Positions 1 to 14,261 of a stretch of 64,000 nucleotides of DNA are shown here, piece after piece. The notes under the pieces were generated by a model. The model made no database searches. It saw only the letters and a list, made by a program, of their open reading frames with translations, and had not been told where the DNA came from. The stretch covers positions 10,044,001-10,108,000 of the forward strand of contig CATNEN010000003.1 of assembly GCA_950097015.1 (NCBI GenBank), in the 5' to 3' direction. The stretch comes from Macrostomum hystrix (taxonomy: Eukaryota; Animalia; Platyhelminthes). Numbering within the stretch: position 1 is the stretch's first letter; each line of letters starts with the position of its first letter. Position numbers and translations under genes: made by a program.

Positions 1-6
1 ACTCAC

Positions 7-395
7 CTATGAATAACCCTCTTATCGTGGACATACTTAAGCGCCAGGCACAGCTGAGCAAACCAATCTGTCACCAGCTCCTCGGCGAATGCAGTCTTCT
101 GGCTGGCAATCCTGGCGCTGAGATCGCCGCTGTCGCAGAATTCCATAACTATGCAAAGAGAGCCGGAGTCTATAAAGGAGTCCAAATAGCGCACAATGCC
201 CGGGTGATCGAAGGCGCGCAATAGTTGCACCTCCTGACGAGCCCACTCTTGTTCTCGCCTAGATTTCATCTTAGATAGCAGCACCTCTTTAACTACGCAA
301 TGACTACCGTCAGTTCGTCTGCGCATCAGCATAGCCTTGCCGTAGGCGCCTTCGCCGATTCGGCGAATCAATTCGTATGAAGATGGCGAGGACAT
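7..395 (-). CDS. NIMA-related (NEK1/NEK5-like) Ser/Thr kinase, first coding exon; gene continues off the left edge
   Basis: Translation shows IGEGAYG P-loop, VVKEV, QEVQLL, HPGIVRY, LCIVMEFCDSGDL and WFAQLCLALKYVHDKRVIHR, typical of the NEK kinase N-lobe. The exon ends at a GTGAGT donor (positions 6..1). Confidence 0.92.
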
Positions 396-1152
396 TGTCC
401 TGCCCTTTCGTTATTATTATTGTGTACCGATTATTTGTGTTTTGGTGTTTAAAGCGGTGACTTGGATGTCTAGTATACGCTGAAATTAAATTTAAATTCA
501 TTCCTATCAGACAGTTCCGGGGATCTGAAGTTACAATCTCAAGTGGTCTATAGGCATAGCATTAACAAACCGCTTTAAGTTAGGGACTTAGCAAGTCCAA
601 ATTACTGGTTACAATTTACGTTAAGGTAAGCGTACAAAATTTAAAGCAAAACAGATTTACGATTGAAGCCTTAGCAACCATAGAAACTGAATTGAACTGA
701 AGCAATAATAGGGAAGGCGAGGGGTGAGACAGTCGGGAATGAAATCCTCTCTTTTGCAATATTGATACATTTTTAGCGCACCATTTGTTCTTACTCTCGT
801 CCCTTCCACTTCTATAACTCTAGTGTTCGTCAAACCGTCAGCAATCATTCTGTCTCTAACTGACAATGCCAAGCTATTTTATCAGTCAGGCATCTAGTAA
901 GCTCAGCATCTATCTACTAGTCATGCAAATATCCCATATACGCTCGTAGCCACTCAAATTCAAACGCCTTTACTGACGATTTCTACTCATTGTCTTCTAC
1001 TTCTTTACCCCTAGGGCGCATTTTGCGAGGCAGTGTTTCAGGTATTTGCTGCGAAGCAAGTTATAAAGCTACAAGGCTCTGTATCTCAGTGTAGTCAGGC
1101 GCAGATAAATCGAGAATTCCTAATCGAGGCAGCAGCGGAAAAAAACGCTTCG

Positions 1153-1509
1153 ATGTCCAATGTCACTGGTCCGAAATCCTGGGAGACAAGAGTCACACAA
1201 CGCGCCAGCAATGGAGCCGGCAATTTCAATGGTTGGAGCAGGCGAGAATTAACCATGGCTAGCAGAGTGCGCGAAGTGATTCAACACTCGCTGCAGCATC
1301 AGCTAGACCAGATTGATCGGCGCAGACAAGAAGCTAGACGTCGTCTAGATTGGCAAATCCTTGACCTAAGATTAGAATTCAGACAATTACGCTCAGTGAC
1401 ACCGACTGCGGACGAGTGGCTAGCGATGACAAGCGCCAAACGAGAGCGGACTGCTCAGCTGTTGACAGCTTCACGTTCCAAGACTGGCATTTCAGTTGGC
1501 AAGTTTTAA
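1153..1509 (+). CDS. Hypothetical coiled-coil-containing exon, divergent from the NEK gene
   Basis: GC-richer ORF from ATG 1153 with a heptad-like stretch (VIQHSLQHQLDQIDRRRQEARRRLDWQILDLRLEFRQL). Possible GC donor G|GCAAGT at 1499. No family recognised. Confidence 0.4.
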   Translation: MSNVTGPKSWETRVTQRASNGAGNFNGWSRRELTMASRVREVIQHSLQHQLDQIDRRRQEARRRLDWQILDLRLEFRQLRSVTPTADEWLAMTSAKRERTAQLLTASRSKTGISVGKF

Positions 1510-1568
1510 CAACATGCTGATTAAAATTGTACTCGACTCGAGATACTGTTAATTATATTACTCTACAA

Positions 1569-1846
1569 CAGGGGTCGGCAAACTTATAAGATAACACGCC
1601 GCAGAGAGAACCTAAAATAAATATGAGATAGGGGATTTTTAGGCACAAAAGAGATGACAGAGGGAGATGAGACATGGGAGAGATACACGGGAGAGATGAG
1701 ACATGGGAGAGATACACGGGAGAGATGAGACATGGGAGAGATTAAACAGGATGCTGTAGGTGTTGGAGATAGCAATGGGCCGGATTTAGGAGTTTTGAGG
1801 GCTGCACCTCACCACCTCACACGCGGGCCATATTTTGCCCCCATTG
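1569..1846. mobile_element. Old non-autonomous hAT-type MITE with an internal 16-bp minisatellite
   Basis: Begins CAGGGGTCGGCAAAC and has a degenerate right end TTTGCCCCCATTG. Flanks ctctacaa/ctcgacaa match 7/8 as a TSD. Internal gagatgagacacggga repeats as in the 24747 element. Confidence 0.7.
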
Positions 1847-2702
1847 CTCGACAAAAATATGTTTTCTCTGCTACTTAAATTTTATTATTCGAAAAGCAAT
1901 GTTTAATTAGATATTTTGTGCTGCATCGAGAAATTAACAATGTTACAGTATGACTTTTATTTTCTAAATATGTTCAGACTTTTTTAAGCTGTAAAGTCTA
2001 CTCATCATTAGTAGTAATTAAGAAATTTGTGCTTTCTTTTTTTGCGCGATAAAAACTATTTGAGGATTGACACCTAGATCCTTCATTGAGCAGTTAATGC
2101 TGGCAACTATTTTAAAGAATCAGATTCTAACTCCAGACATGAAAGAGGTTTCAGGCAATGTGCTTAATGCCTAAGTATGGACACTATAAATGAAAAGGCA
2201 AGACAGGATAACAATGGCAAAATGTGATTAAACTACTGTGTTTAGTTAGTTTCTTTTCAAGTTCCTATGTAGTTTCTTACCATGCTTAAAACAATGTCTT
2301 ATTTTACTATTCGTTGTATGGGTGATTTTTGTTCCTTTTAAATCTTCAGTTTTTCCCATCACAAATACTATTTGTATATGAAATGCTATATATAATATGT
2401 CGACTAAAACAAACCACAAAAATATGTAGTATAAATAGGGAGCATTTTCTCAGTCCAAATAAACATGTGAGCCATCCTGGGCAAACTCGTAGAAATGGGT
2501 TTTAAGTTGTTTGTTCTTTTCTACTTGAATTTAATGCTATGACCTTTCAGTCCAGGGTGTGACCAGTGGACATGGTGAGAGATCAGAGGCTGAATTAAAT
2601 GCTACATGACGAAGGTGAACCCTAAGTAATAGTGCCATGAAAAAAATTATTTTAAATAGCCCTTTCTAGGGCTTTTAAAGTAGCTTTAGAGCTTTAGAGC
2701 TC

Positions 2703-5700
2703 TGGAATGAACTATGGAATTTATAGCTCTGGAATGAACTATGGAATTTATAGCTCTGGAATGAACTATGGAATTTATAGCTCTGGAATGAACTATGGAA
2801 TCTATAGCTATGGAATGAACTATGGAATCTATAGCTCTGGAATGAACTATGGAATCTATAGCTATGGAATGAACTATGGAATCTATAGCTATGGAATGAA
2901 CTATGGAATCTATAGCTATGGAATGAACTATGGAATCTATAGCTCTGGAATGAACTATGGAATCTATAGCTATGGAATGAACTATGGAATCTATAGCTCT
3001 GGAATGAACTATGGAATCTATAGCTATGGAATGAACTATGGAATCTATAGCTCTGGAATGAACTATGGAATCTATAGCTATGGAATGAACTATGGAATCT
3101 ATAGCTATGGAATGAACTATGGAATCTATAGCTATGGAATGAACTATGGAATCTATAGCTATGGAATGAACTATGGAATCTATAGCTATGGAATGAACTA
3201 TGGAATCTATAGCTCTGGAATGAACTATGGAATCTATAGCTCTGGAATGAACTATGGAATCTATAGCTCTGGAATGAACTATGGAATCTATAGCTATGGA
3301 ATGAACTATGGAATCTATAGCTCTGGAATGAACTATGGAATCTATAGCTCTGGAATGAACTATGGAATCTATAGCTATGGAATGAACTATGGAATCTATA
3401 GCTCTGGAATGAACTATGGAATCTATAGCTATGGAATGAACTATGGAATCTATAGCTCTGGAATGAACTATGGAATCTATAGCTATGGAATGAACTATGG
3501 AATCTATAGCTATGGAATGAACTATGGAATCTATAGCTATGGAATGAACTATGGAATCTATAGCTATGGAATGAACTATGGAATCTATAGCTCTGGAATG
3601 AACTATGGAATCTATAGCTCTGGAATGAACTATGGAATCTATAGCTCTGGAATGAACTATGGAATCTATAGCTATGGAATGAACTATGGAATCTATAGCT
3701 ATGGAATGAACTATGGAATCTATAGCTATGGAATGAACTATGGAATCTATAGCTATGGAATGAACTATGGAATCTATAGCTCTGGAATGAACTATGGAAT
3801 CTATAGCTATGGAATGAACTATGGAATCTATAGCTATGGAATGAACTATGGAATCTATAGACTATGGAATGAACTATGGAATCTATAGCTACGGAATGAA
3901 CTATGGAATCTATAGCTATGGAATGAACTATGGAATCTATAGCTATGGAATGAACTATGGAATCTATAGCTCTGGAATGAACTATGGAATCTATAGCTAT
4001 GGAATGAACTATGGAATCTATAGCTCTGGAATGAACTATGGAATCTATAGCTCTGGAATGAACTATGGAATCTATAGCTATGGAATGAACTATGGAATCT
4101 ATAGCTATGGAATGAACTATGGAATCTATAGCTATGGAATGAACTATGGAATCTATAGCTCTGGAATGAACTATGGAATCTATAGCTATGGAATGAACTA
4201 TGGAATCTATAGCTATGGAATGAACTATGGAATCTATAGACTATGGAATGAACTATGGAATCTATAGCTACGGAATGAACTATGGAATCTATAGCTATGG
4301 AATGAACTATGGAATCTATAGCTATGGAATGAACTATGGAATCTATAGCTATGGAATGAACTATGGAATCTATAGCTATGGAATGAACTATGGAATCTAT
4401 AGCTCTGGAATGAACTATGGAATCTATAGCTATGGAATGAACTATGGAATCTATAGCTATGGAATGAACTATGGAATCTATAGCTATGGAATGAACTATG
4501 GAATCTATAGCTATGGAATGAACTATGGAATCTATAGCTATGGAATGAACTATGGAATCTATAGCTATGGAATGAACTATGGAATCTATAGCTATGGAAT
4601 GAACTATGGAATCTATAGCTCTGGAATGAACTATGGAATCTATAGCTCTGGAATGAACTATGGAATTTATAGCTATGGAATGAACTATGGAATCTATAGC
4701 TCTGGAATGAACTATGGAATCTATAGCTATGGAATGAACTATGGAATCTATAGCTATGGAATGAACTATGGAATCTATAGCTATGGAATGAACTATGGAA
4801 TCTATAGCTATGGAATGAACTATGGAATCTATAGCTATGGAATGAACTATGGAATCTATAGCTATGGAATGAACTATGGAATCTATAGCTATGGAATGAA
4901 CTATGGAATCTATAGCTCTGGAATGAACTATGGAATCTATAGCTCTGGAATGAACTATGGAATCTATAGCTCTGGAATGAACTATGGAATCTATAGCTCT
5001 GGAATGAACTATGGAATCTATAGCTATGGAATGAACTATGGAATCTATAGCTCTGGAATGAACTATGGAATCTATAGCTCTGGAATGAACTATGGAATCT
5101 ATAGCTATGGAATGAACTATGGAATCTATAGCTCTGGAATGAACTATGGAATCTATAGCTATGGAATGAACTATGGAATCTATAGCTATGGAATGAACTA
5201 TGGAATCTATAGCTATGGAATGAACTATGGAATCTATAGCTATGGAATGAACTATGGAATCTATAGCTCTGGAATGAACTATGGAATCTATAGCTCTGGA
5301 ATGAACTATGGAATCTATAGCTATGGAATGAACTATGGAATCTATAGCTCTGGAATGAACTATGGAATCTATAGCTATGGAATGAACTATGGAATCTATA
5401 GCTATGGAATGAACTATGGAATCTATAGCTATGGAATGAACTATGGAATCTATAGCTATCGAATGAACTATGGAATCTATAGCTCTGGAATGAACTATGG
5501 AATCTATAGCTATGGAATGAACTATGGAATCTATAGCTCTGGAATGAACTATGGAATCTATAGCTATGGAATGAACTATGGAATCTATAGCTATGGAATG
5601 AACTATGGAATCTATAGCTATGGAATGAACTATGGAATCTATAGCTATGGAATGAACTATGGAATCTATAGCTATGGAATGAACTATGGAATCTATAGCT

Positions 5701-6882
5701 CTGGAATGAACTATGGAATCTATAGCTATGGAATGAACTATGGAATCTATAGCTATGGAATGAACTATGGAATCTATAGCTATGGAATGAACTATGGAAT
5801 CTATAGCTCTGGAATGAACTATGGAATGAACTATGGAATCTATAGCTATGGAATGAACTATGGAATCTATAGCTATGGAATGAACTATGGAATCTATAGC
5901 TATGGAATGAACTATGGAATCTATAGCTATGGAATGAACTATGGAATCTATAGCTATGGAATGAACTATGGAATCTATAGCTATGGAATGAACTATGGAA
6001 TCTATAGCTATGGAATGAACTATGGAATCTATAGCTCTGGAATGAACTATGGAATCTATAGCTCTGGAATGAACTATGTAATCTATAGCTCTGGAATGAA
6101 CTATGGAATCTATAGCTCTGGAATGAACTATGGAATCTATAGCTCTGGAATGAACTATGGAATCTATAGCTCTGGAATGAACTATGGAATCTATAGCTAT
6201 GGAATGAACTATGGAATCTATAGCTATGGAATGAACTATGGAATCTATAGCTATGGAATGAACTATGGAATCTATAGCTCTGGAATGAACTATGGAATCT
6301 ATAGCTATGGAATGAACTATGGAATCTATAGCTATGGAATGAACTATGGAATCTATAGCTATGGAATGAACTATGGAATCTATAGCTCTGGAATGAACTA
6401 TGGAATCTATAGCTATGGAATGAACTATGGAATCTATAGCTATGGAATGAACTATGGAATCTATAGCTCTGGAATGAACTATGGAATCTATAGCTATGGA
6501 ATGAACTATGGAATCTATAGCTATGGAATGAACTATGGAATCTATAGCTATGGAATGAACTATGGAATCTATAGCTATGGAATGAACTATGGAATCTATA
6601 GCTCTGGAATGAACTATGGAATCTATAGCTATGGAATGAACTATGGAATCTATAGCTATGGAATGAACTATGGAATCTATAGCTATGGAATGAACTATGG
6701 AATCTATAGCTCTGGAATGAACTATGGAATCTATAGCTATGGAATGAACTATGGAATCTATAGCTATGGAATGAACTATGGAATCTATAGCTCTGGAATG
6801 AACTATGGAATCTATAGCTATGGAATGAACTATGGAATCTATAGCTATGGAATGAACTATGGAATCTATAGCTATGGAATGA
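2703..6882. repeat. 27-bp tandem satellite GGAATGAACTATGGAATCTATAGCT(A/C)T, roughly 155 copies
   Basis: Near-perfect tandem units visible directly. The unit consists of 12-bp and 15-bp GGAAT-initiated subrepeats. Confidence 0.98.
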
Positions 6883-8119
6883 CTTCAAATTGAAAAGAAA
6901 GGTAGGTTAAAAGAGGCAAATTACTTTTTGGTTAAAAGTTAGAGGTGGAATGTCTTTTAGTTTTGTTAATTTTTAAAATCTCTTTTTGTTAATTAGTTCA
7001 AATCATTACAAATTGTTCTATTTAATTTGTCAGTTTGCCACTTTCTGCCTAGCCACCATCTTTTTTAACTAGAATGTCTTTCAAATAGAAGTCTGCCTGT
7101 CTCATTTTTTGTCTTGGAATGACCTTTGTACCTTCACTCTATCAGTCTATCGTCTATCAGTCTATCAGTCTAGTCAATTGGAAATGGAAACAAGTAAAAA
7201 TGAGGTGGACAGTTCCATGTGGAAAAAAAGCTTTAAAAATAGATTGAGACATTTTTTATTTCTAATAAACAGGGACTACCTTGTTGTGGTTAAGGTTCAC
7301 ATGATTTTTCCCCAAAAACCATTAGCTAATTTTCTAATCAGCACAGATACACAATTTTGATTTATAAGAAATAATGGTCAAGACAAAATTTGAGGTAGGA
7401 CAAGAGTCTGAGTAAAAAATTCAGAGATAATATAAAAAAGGTAGAATAATTGGAAATAAAGAAAACTAAAGGTTGAAAAAAAATCATGCAAATGTCTAAT
7501 TTAAGTTGTCTTTTGAAACATAAATAGAATGACTGATCTAGAAGCTCTTTATAAAAGCTCTTTAATAACAGAAATCATTACAACAAGTATTTTTCCACAC
7601 ACTAACCTAAACCCAACTATTTATTAGAACAACCATTTGAACTAAACCATTTTGTAAATCTTATCTTGACTTTCTTGAAAAAAAGATATTTCTTGAATTC
7701 TGAAAAGGCCGAGATCTTGTTTCATTTCTAATATATTGTGACAGGGCTTGTCTCTCTACTTTTCTCTCTAATGGTAGCGTATCACTCGGCACGAGCGGTT
7801 TAACCTTCTAAGGCACTGGCTTACTATTCTCCAGTCTCTGCTGGGCGTTTCTCCAGGATCAGAGGGTCACAGCCTCAAATAACCAACTCAACACTTTTCT
7901 TCTTGAGTAATAGCTTATTTGCTTTTCGCCACACTGGCACGTTGCTTTATCTCACAGGAATTACACTCGTTTATATACACAAAAAATGTTTGTTAAAATG
8001 AATGAATTTGACAGAATATTTATAATATTTTACATATAAAAAATATTTAGCGCATTTAAACAAAGAGCATAGGTACGAATTTGACTTTAAAAAAAAATGA
8101 TAAAAGCATCCCTACTACA

Positions 8120-8134
8120 ACCTGCCTTCCCTAA
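8120..8134 (-). promoter_or_regulatory. Polypurine tract of the LTR element
   Basis: AGGGAAGGCAGG lies immediately before the 3' LTR on the minus strand. Confidence 0.7.
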
Positions 8135-8251
8135 TATAAAAATTGAATAAAGCATGAGTGATATTTTTAGTAATGTTATTTAAGCCGCATGAGTCAATTT
8201 TACTTTGTGTAGCATCAGGTCACCGTCATCAGTCCCGTCGCCTCCGCTTCC

Positions 8252-8282
<31 letters not shown>

Positions 8283-11088
8283 CGCTGCTGCTGCCATTTC
8301 TGCTGTCACTGGTATTGGGCGTACCGCTTCCTTGGCACAAAGCCATACTTGTTAGGCTTACGCGGTGCCTCCCTGCGATTCGCGACAGGTGTTGGACCTG
8401 CTGGCTCATTGATGACTGTAGGCTTTCTTGGCCGCAGGTTGTACCGCACCTCTCGCCACTGAAGTGGTGCTGCCGTTCCACTGGCTGCATCCGCTCGGTC
8501 CTCAGCCTCCTCCTCACAGGCTGGTTCCTCCACAACATCATGGTCTGATGGTTCAGCTTCAGGTTCTTCTTCGTTATCTTCTTTCGACTCTTCTAACTCT
8601 TCCTCCGTTTCCGTTTCAGAGTCTTCGATAAGTTATTCTGCCGAACTTCCGGAATCTGTGTCAGAGTCTGTATCAGTTTCTTCAATCTCACTTCCACTTA
8701 TGTCTGTCTCTATGCAAGCTCTCCATTGAATTCTTTCCTCTTGAGTCAGAGCTTTCTTCTTGCTCGATTTCTTGAACTGCCTTTTTCAAAATCTTAGGTT
8801 GCACTTCCTTTCTTTTCTGTATCTTCTGGGCAGTCTCTGCCTTCCCTTATCTGTTGGTTCTCTCTTCTCCATGTCAGAACTTTCGGGCATGCCCGTGGCT
8901 TTGACCGAGTTCGGTACAGGAGTCAGATTATTCCGGTGTACCAGCATCATGGCACTGATTAGTTTTCCATTCTTCTCTTTCTGGACTCGGAAAACTGTGT
9001 CCAAAAGCTTAGCCAACACTCTGTAAAAGGCTCTCTTCTTTCGGCGAAATTTATTGCTCTCGTCACCATGCAACTGTGGATTGTTTATCAACACGAGACC
9101 GCCAATAGGCACGGCCTTGGTGGTCACTGTCTCAACAGCCTGCTCCCAACGGTCTCGCACCTTTTTTTAAATTTCTTCTGAAGAACCTTCTGCATCTCCT
9201 CAATTCTTTTTGCATGCTCAGCTACATAGCTGGGATAGTCGTAGTACAATCTGGGTCTTTTGACAACACTGTCTATTGGCAAATCCGCCTCACGTCTGAA
9301 CAATAGATAATGTGGAGTGAATCCTGTTGTCTGATTTACACTTGTATGCCTCGCACACAGGAAATGTTTGCACCGGTGCCTTCACCTTATTGCCTGCTTT
9401 ACTCTCGAGGCATGGGATGCACTCGGCCACATAATTCTCTACAGTATAGTAACTAGGCCAGGTTTCCAGAATCACTCTCGTACCTTTCATAATGGCGAGG
9501 ATATTGAGCTTGGATGTGCTTTCACGTTTACTCACAGTAGCACATATAACTTATTTCTTTCAGTTTATACAATAGAAATATTCAAAGACAACATTTAATA
9601 CTAATTTCACAACATTTAAGGCGTGTTTACACAACTATTTACACAGTAGGTCACACAGTTGTCACATATTCTTCTTCGTCACCTCGCTCTTTTAATTAAA
9701 TCTCACAACTAAGAGGTGATCTGTAATATTTATTTCTCGACCATCTGTCGCTTAATTAAACTGGCATGCGGGCAATATCCAATTTCCTAATTTATTCATG
9801 TTGACTCATCTGCCTTCTCTAATCTATTTACCATTTACATAATTTCTTATTTGATTATCCTCAGGCCACGTGCCTTCTCAAATTTCACACGAGTCTCCTC
9901 TCATTTCTCTAGGCATCATTTGCCTCTCTTAAATATACTTCAGGCCACAATCATGCCTGTTCACATCACAACACAGTCCTCATCTGATCATCAGGCCACA
10001 GTGTGTCTTTCTTCAGGTAGGCCACTTCAGGCAACCTTTGTGCCTCTACAAAATTCCACAACACTGGCTCTACATCTGATCCCTCAGATCAGCACTGCGC
10101 CTTCTTCTCAGCCTTTTGGAACTGATCACTTAGTCATGACCTCACAACTTGTCAATGACTTTCCCAGAGTCTAATACTCTCTGGGCTTCTGGACTTCAAT
10201 CCAGGAACACTCCGAAAACTTCACCTCCCCTTCTGAGTTACCTTAATTCACTGAAACATGTCAGCTACTAATAACTCTTTCAGAGAGAAATCACTCCTCA
10301 TTTCTTCACACTCTTCGTTAAATTGTGACGTTACATTGCTCTTCCCCTTCAGAATTGTTGTACTTCATTGGAGCAAGCCAACTACTAACAATTCATTCAG
10401 AGATTTCTTAATAATTAATTTCACATGCCCGACTTATAACATTTTAACACTTTTTCTTCTATCGGCAGATTCTTTTTTATAACTTCTACATTTTCTTTGC
10501 ACACTACTCCTTTTTCTACTGAGTAGGTATTGGAGCACATAATTTCTACGGCCGTGTGCCCATTTATTAAATCCTTGACTCACTATTTTTGTGTTTCTTT
10601 TTTCAGAACTTTTTAGCAACTTGTGACAACTGTGACGACTATAGACAGCACATATTTACACGAATTTACACCTTCAGTACACTTCTCTGGTGTACCGTGC
10701 CTTCTCTACTATCTTACTTCGGCATGTTCGGCTTCAGGAAGTTTAAGGTGATGCGACATTGATGTCCATCTGGCCTCACAGGTCCTGGCTTAGCACAGAA
10801 GAAACATCCGCTAAACTTTTGTACATTCCTCTCTGTGATGTACTCCATATCTTGCTTATTCTGCATCGAAATCATGCCTCTTCCCATAGGCTTTTTCTTT
10901 TCTTCCTGGTTTCCAGACATTGTCGGATTACCGAACATTGACTGTGTTCCACCACTTCCAAATAGTGGAGGGATACCTGGCTGCTGATTCATCAGCACCG
11001 CTATTATCAGCATAATAATCGACATCTCTATGAATTCTTCGTTCTTCTTAATAATCTACTCTATTCTTGATTGAGGCCGTTTCTCTGA

Positions 11089-11106
11089 TCCTTTCCGCTG
11101 CCACCA
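11089..11106 (-). promoter_or_regulatory. Primer-binding site complementary to the tRNA-Leu 3' end
   Basis: TGGTGGCAGCGG lies 4 nt inside the 5' LTR and matches the CCGCUGCCACCA 3' end of tRNA-Leu. Confidence 0.8.
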
Positions 11107-12231
11107 AAGTTGTGACAGGGCTTGTCTCTCTACTTTTCTCTCTAATGGTAGCGTATCACTCGGCACGAGCGGTTTAACCTTCTAAGGCACTGGCTTACTA
11201 TTCTCCAGTCTCTGCTGGGCGTTTCTCCAGGATCAGAGGGTCACAGCCTCAAATAACCAACTCAACACTTTTCTTCTTGAGTAATAGCTTATTTGCTTTT
11301 CGCCACACTGGCACGTTGCTTTATCTCACAGGAATTACACTCGTTTATATACACAAAAAATGTTTGTTAAAATGAATGAATTTGACAGAATATTTATAAT
11401 ATTTTACATATAAAAAATATTTAGCGCATTTAAACAAAGAGCATAGGTACGAATTTGACTTTAAAAAAAAATGATAAAAGCATCCCTACTACAATATATA
11501 AGAAATATGATAGGCATAGTATATAATTTATATTAGTAAATGCTAACATGTATATAAGCCCAAAATAAATACCTAACATATATATACAAAAAACAAAAAA
11601 TATATTAAAATGCTATATAGGCCTACTATATATATAATAAACTAACACGGGCTAAAATTGATAGAATTTGTGTAAGGCCTACTATGCCTAATGTGTATAT
11701 TTTGGGACAAGGCCCATAAAATTTAAATTAGGCCTACAAATGAAATGTATATACAAAAATTGTTACCCACTCAATTTTCATTCCATGAATCACTCTTTTG
11801 ACTTTATTGACACAAATCATGTCACTATCTGTCTATCTACACTGAATGAATGTCAAAAACCTGCTGACACGCGACACATGTGTCAAAAATGTGGCTCCAA
11901 AGCATGATGCCACACAAAATGCTATTATAGGGCCTAACCTAACCAACTAACTACACTTTATAAAAAGGACACCTAAAATCTGTGGTGTGACATCCTGGTG
12001 ATGCCCTGCAATGCAAGGCAACACCAAAAAAGTCTGAAAATGTCAATGAAAAGTCAAAAGAGTGAATCAGATGTGATTTGTCAACTTATTCTAATAGGGT
12101 CTTATTCTAATTGGTAGTTGACAAAGATTCCATTGTTCCTATTGGCAGTTGATGAACATTCCAACTACCAATGAATTTTCGTCAACTCTTAGTTGACAAA
12201 AGTTGACGAAAATTCTAGGATCCATCTATAC

Positions 12232-13014
12232 CAGGGGTCGGCAAGCCTCAAGCCTCAAGCCCCGAAGCCTCTCTATCCGGCCCCCGGGCCCCTTGCAACC
12301 CGAGTATTACAATCTGGCCCATGTAAGACCTGTGAATGTCGACCTAAAAAATCGGCAGTGTTTTTGCCAGTTGCACACGATCCCAAGGCTGAGATGGATT
12401 AGAGGGGAGGTGTTGAGGGGCAGAAGGCTCCATTTAGTGAAGAGTTTCTCTCTACCCGTCTCATGGTTCCTAGAAGAGCGGACGGGTCTTAATGGATTCT
12501 GATTTGAATGTACAATTGTACATTGCACTTAGCAAGTCGTTCTTTTCATGGCTGCACACCCCTCCAACTCGTAGTCTGCAATGTACACTGTTTTCCTCAT
12601 CCCAGGGGCCAGGGGACTCCATGTATGATCCCTCAGGCTCAGACTGCCTTGGGATTGGGATAACTAGGAGCTCAGCAGGAATACAAGTGCCCAGTGCGAT
12701 ATTTGGACTTGTTTGTCACCGTACGCTTGTCTTCGATTAACTGTCCCGCTTTACTTTGCCTTTAAGAGAATTTTTATAGATTACTATAGTCGTATAGATT
12801 CACCTTTAATAGATTACTTTGCCTTTAATAGATTTTAATACCTAACTGCATGTGGCTATAGGCTTTGTAAGGCACGTCATGTCAAACTGCAACAAGCCAC
12901 CAGAATGTAAGAAAAGAAAGGTCGACCTTGAGAAGCGTGCTTTCAACACTGGCCCTCAGCCACCTGCTGAATTCTTAATCTGGCCCGCGAAGTAAAAAAG
13001 GTTGCCGACCCCTG
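12232..13014. mobile_element. Non-autonomous hAT element
   Basis: TIRs CAGGGGTCGGCAA / TTGCCGACCCCTG with a perfect 8-bp TSD ATCTATAC (12224-12231, 13015-13022). Confidence 0.9.
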
Positions 13015-14261
13015 ATCTATACCAATACTATCAAGGACACATAGGCCAACTGCAATGAGAAGTACCAGGCTATGCATGGGATAACTTGCAGGAATTTCTC
13101 TCTGGCACCAACTATTTCCAGAGAACCAGTTTTCAAGTTTAGAAACATTCTGTAACTGCACACTGCACTGGATTCAGCAGTATAATGATAGGCCTATGCA
13201 TGCTAACTTCTTGTGCAGTGACACTCACAACCCATGCTTGTTTAACTGAAAATGTTTACTGTTTAATTTAGCTTTTGTAGCAGTAAAATAATTACAGGCT
13301 GAAAAGTGCAAGATCGCCCATATCAAAATCATCATTAGCTAGGCCTACATAAAAAATCAAGTGGGAATAGACAAAAAACTGACAAAAGATGCACAAAAGT
13401 ACTAAGTACATAAGTAAATTACTTCCAGACAATATTAGCATTAGTATCATTATGGTATTATGTCAAACTTAGAGAGAAATGTTTTCGTGCTTTTGCGTAG
13501 GCCTAGCCAACTTAAAACTTTTAAGCACCCTGTTGCCTTGATGCAAGAAAAATAGCATGTGCGTGTATATATGCCTGACTACAAGCATAAGCCTCAACGA
13601 GTCAATAATAGCAAATATATCATTAGAGATTACGATTTAGTATAGGTAGATAGCTAAAGTATGTCTACAGCTACTCCGAGTCACTAAGAAATAAAAATAA
13701 AAGCCGTGGTCTATTTAAAAAATACCTTATGAGTTCTATTAAAATTCATCGAAAAATGGTAAGGCATCTTTCAGTAAAGCAAAGTATAAAAATTAACAAT
13801 CGTCTATCTAAGCCAAAAAATCATAATGTGCGTTTATAAAAAAAATTTTAACTGTTGCCTATAAAATAGCACGCAAACACTATATTTGTTTTTAATAATA
13901 GCACATTACAAGTTGCAAAATTTCCTAGATTTGAGTTTTCGCTTTCTTTATCTATGTAATGCCAATGCGAAGATGAGCAGCTTCTGAGAAAAGAATCAAT
14001 TTTTTCCTACTCTTTGAAGGTTTTTTTCTGCTCTGATAAAAGTATTTTTAGTTTTTCTCCACAGTTTTCGATAGTTTGTTTTTGGTAAGAGTCGAAAAAA
14101 TTAAGTCTTGTACTAGCTATTGCTTTATTGCGTAAGTTTAACATTATTATTATAAGTTCTGGACATAAAATTCGAGACCTCTTATCTAAAGAGACATAAT
14201 TAGCAGTAAATAATTATTATATTTTTTAGCTGGCTTTCAACGATTTGGAGAGCGAAGAGCT

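Larger units (their letters stand above)
7737..11493 (-). mobile_element. Non-autonomous Ty3/gypsy-like LTR retrotransposon (3.76 kb)
   Basis: 383-bp LTRs at 7737-8119 and 11111-11493 (TGTG...TACA), identical by eye and flanked by ATAT(AT). PBS and PPT are on the minus strand. Decayed gag knuckle (CFFCAKPG), integrase Zn-finger remnant (VENYVAECIPC) and integrase C-terminal remnants (VHRNNL, RYNLRPR). Confidence 0.93.

Noticed and set aside
2707-6893. Long ORFs (MNYGIYSYG)n and (FHSSFHSYR)n
   Set aside because: They arise from a stop-free 27-bp satellite. There are +1 frameshifts at about 3860 and 4239, essentially no synonymous variation and no unique flanking coding sequence.
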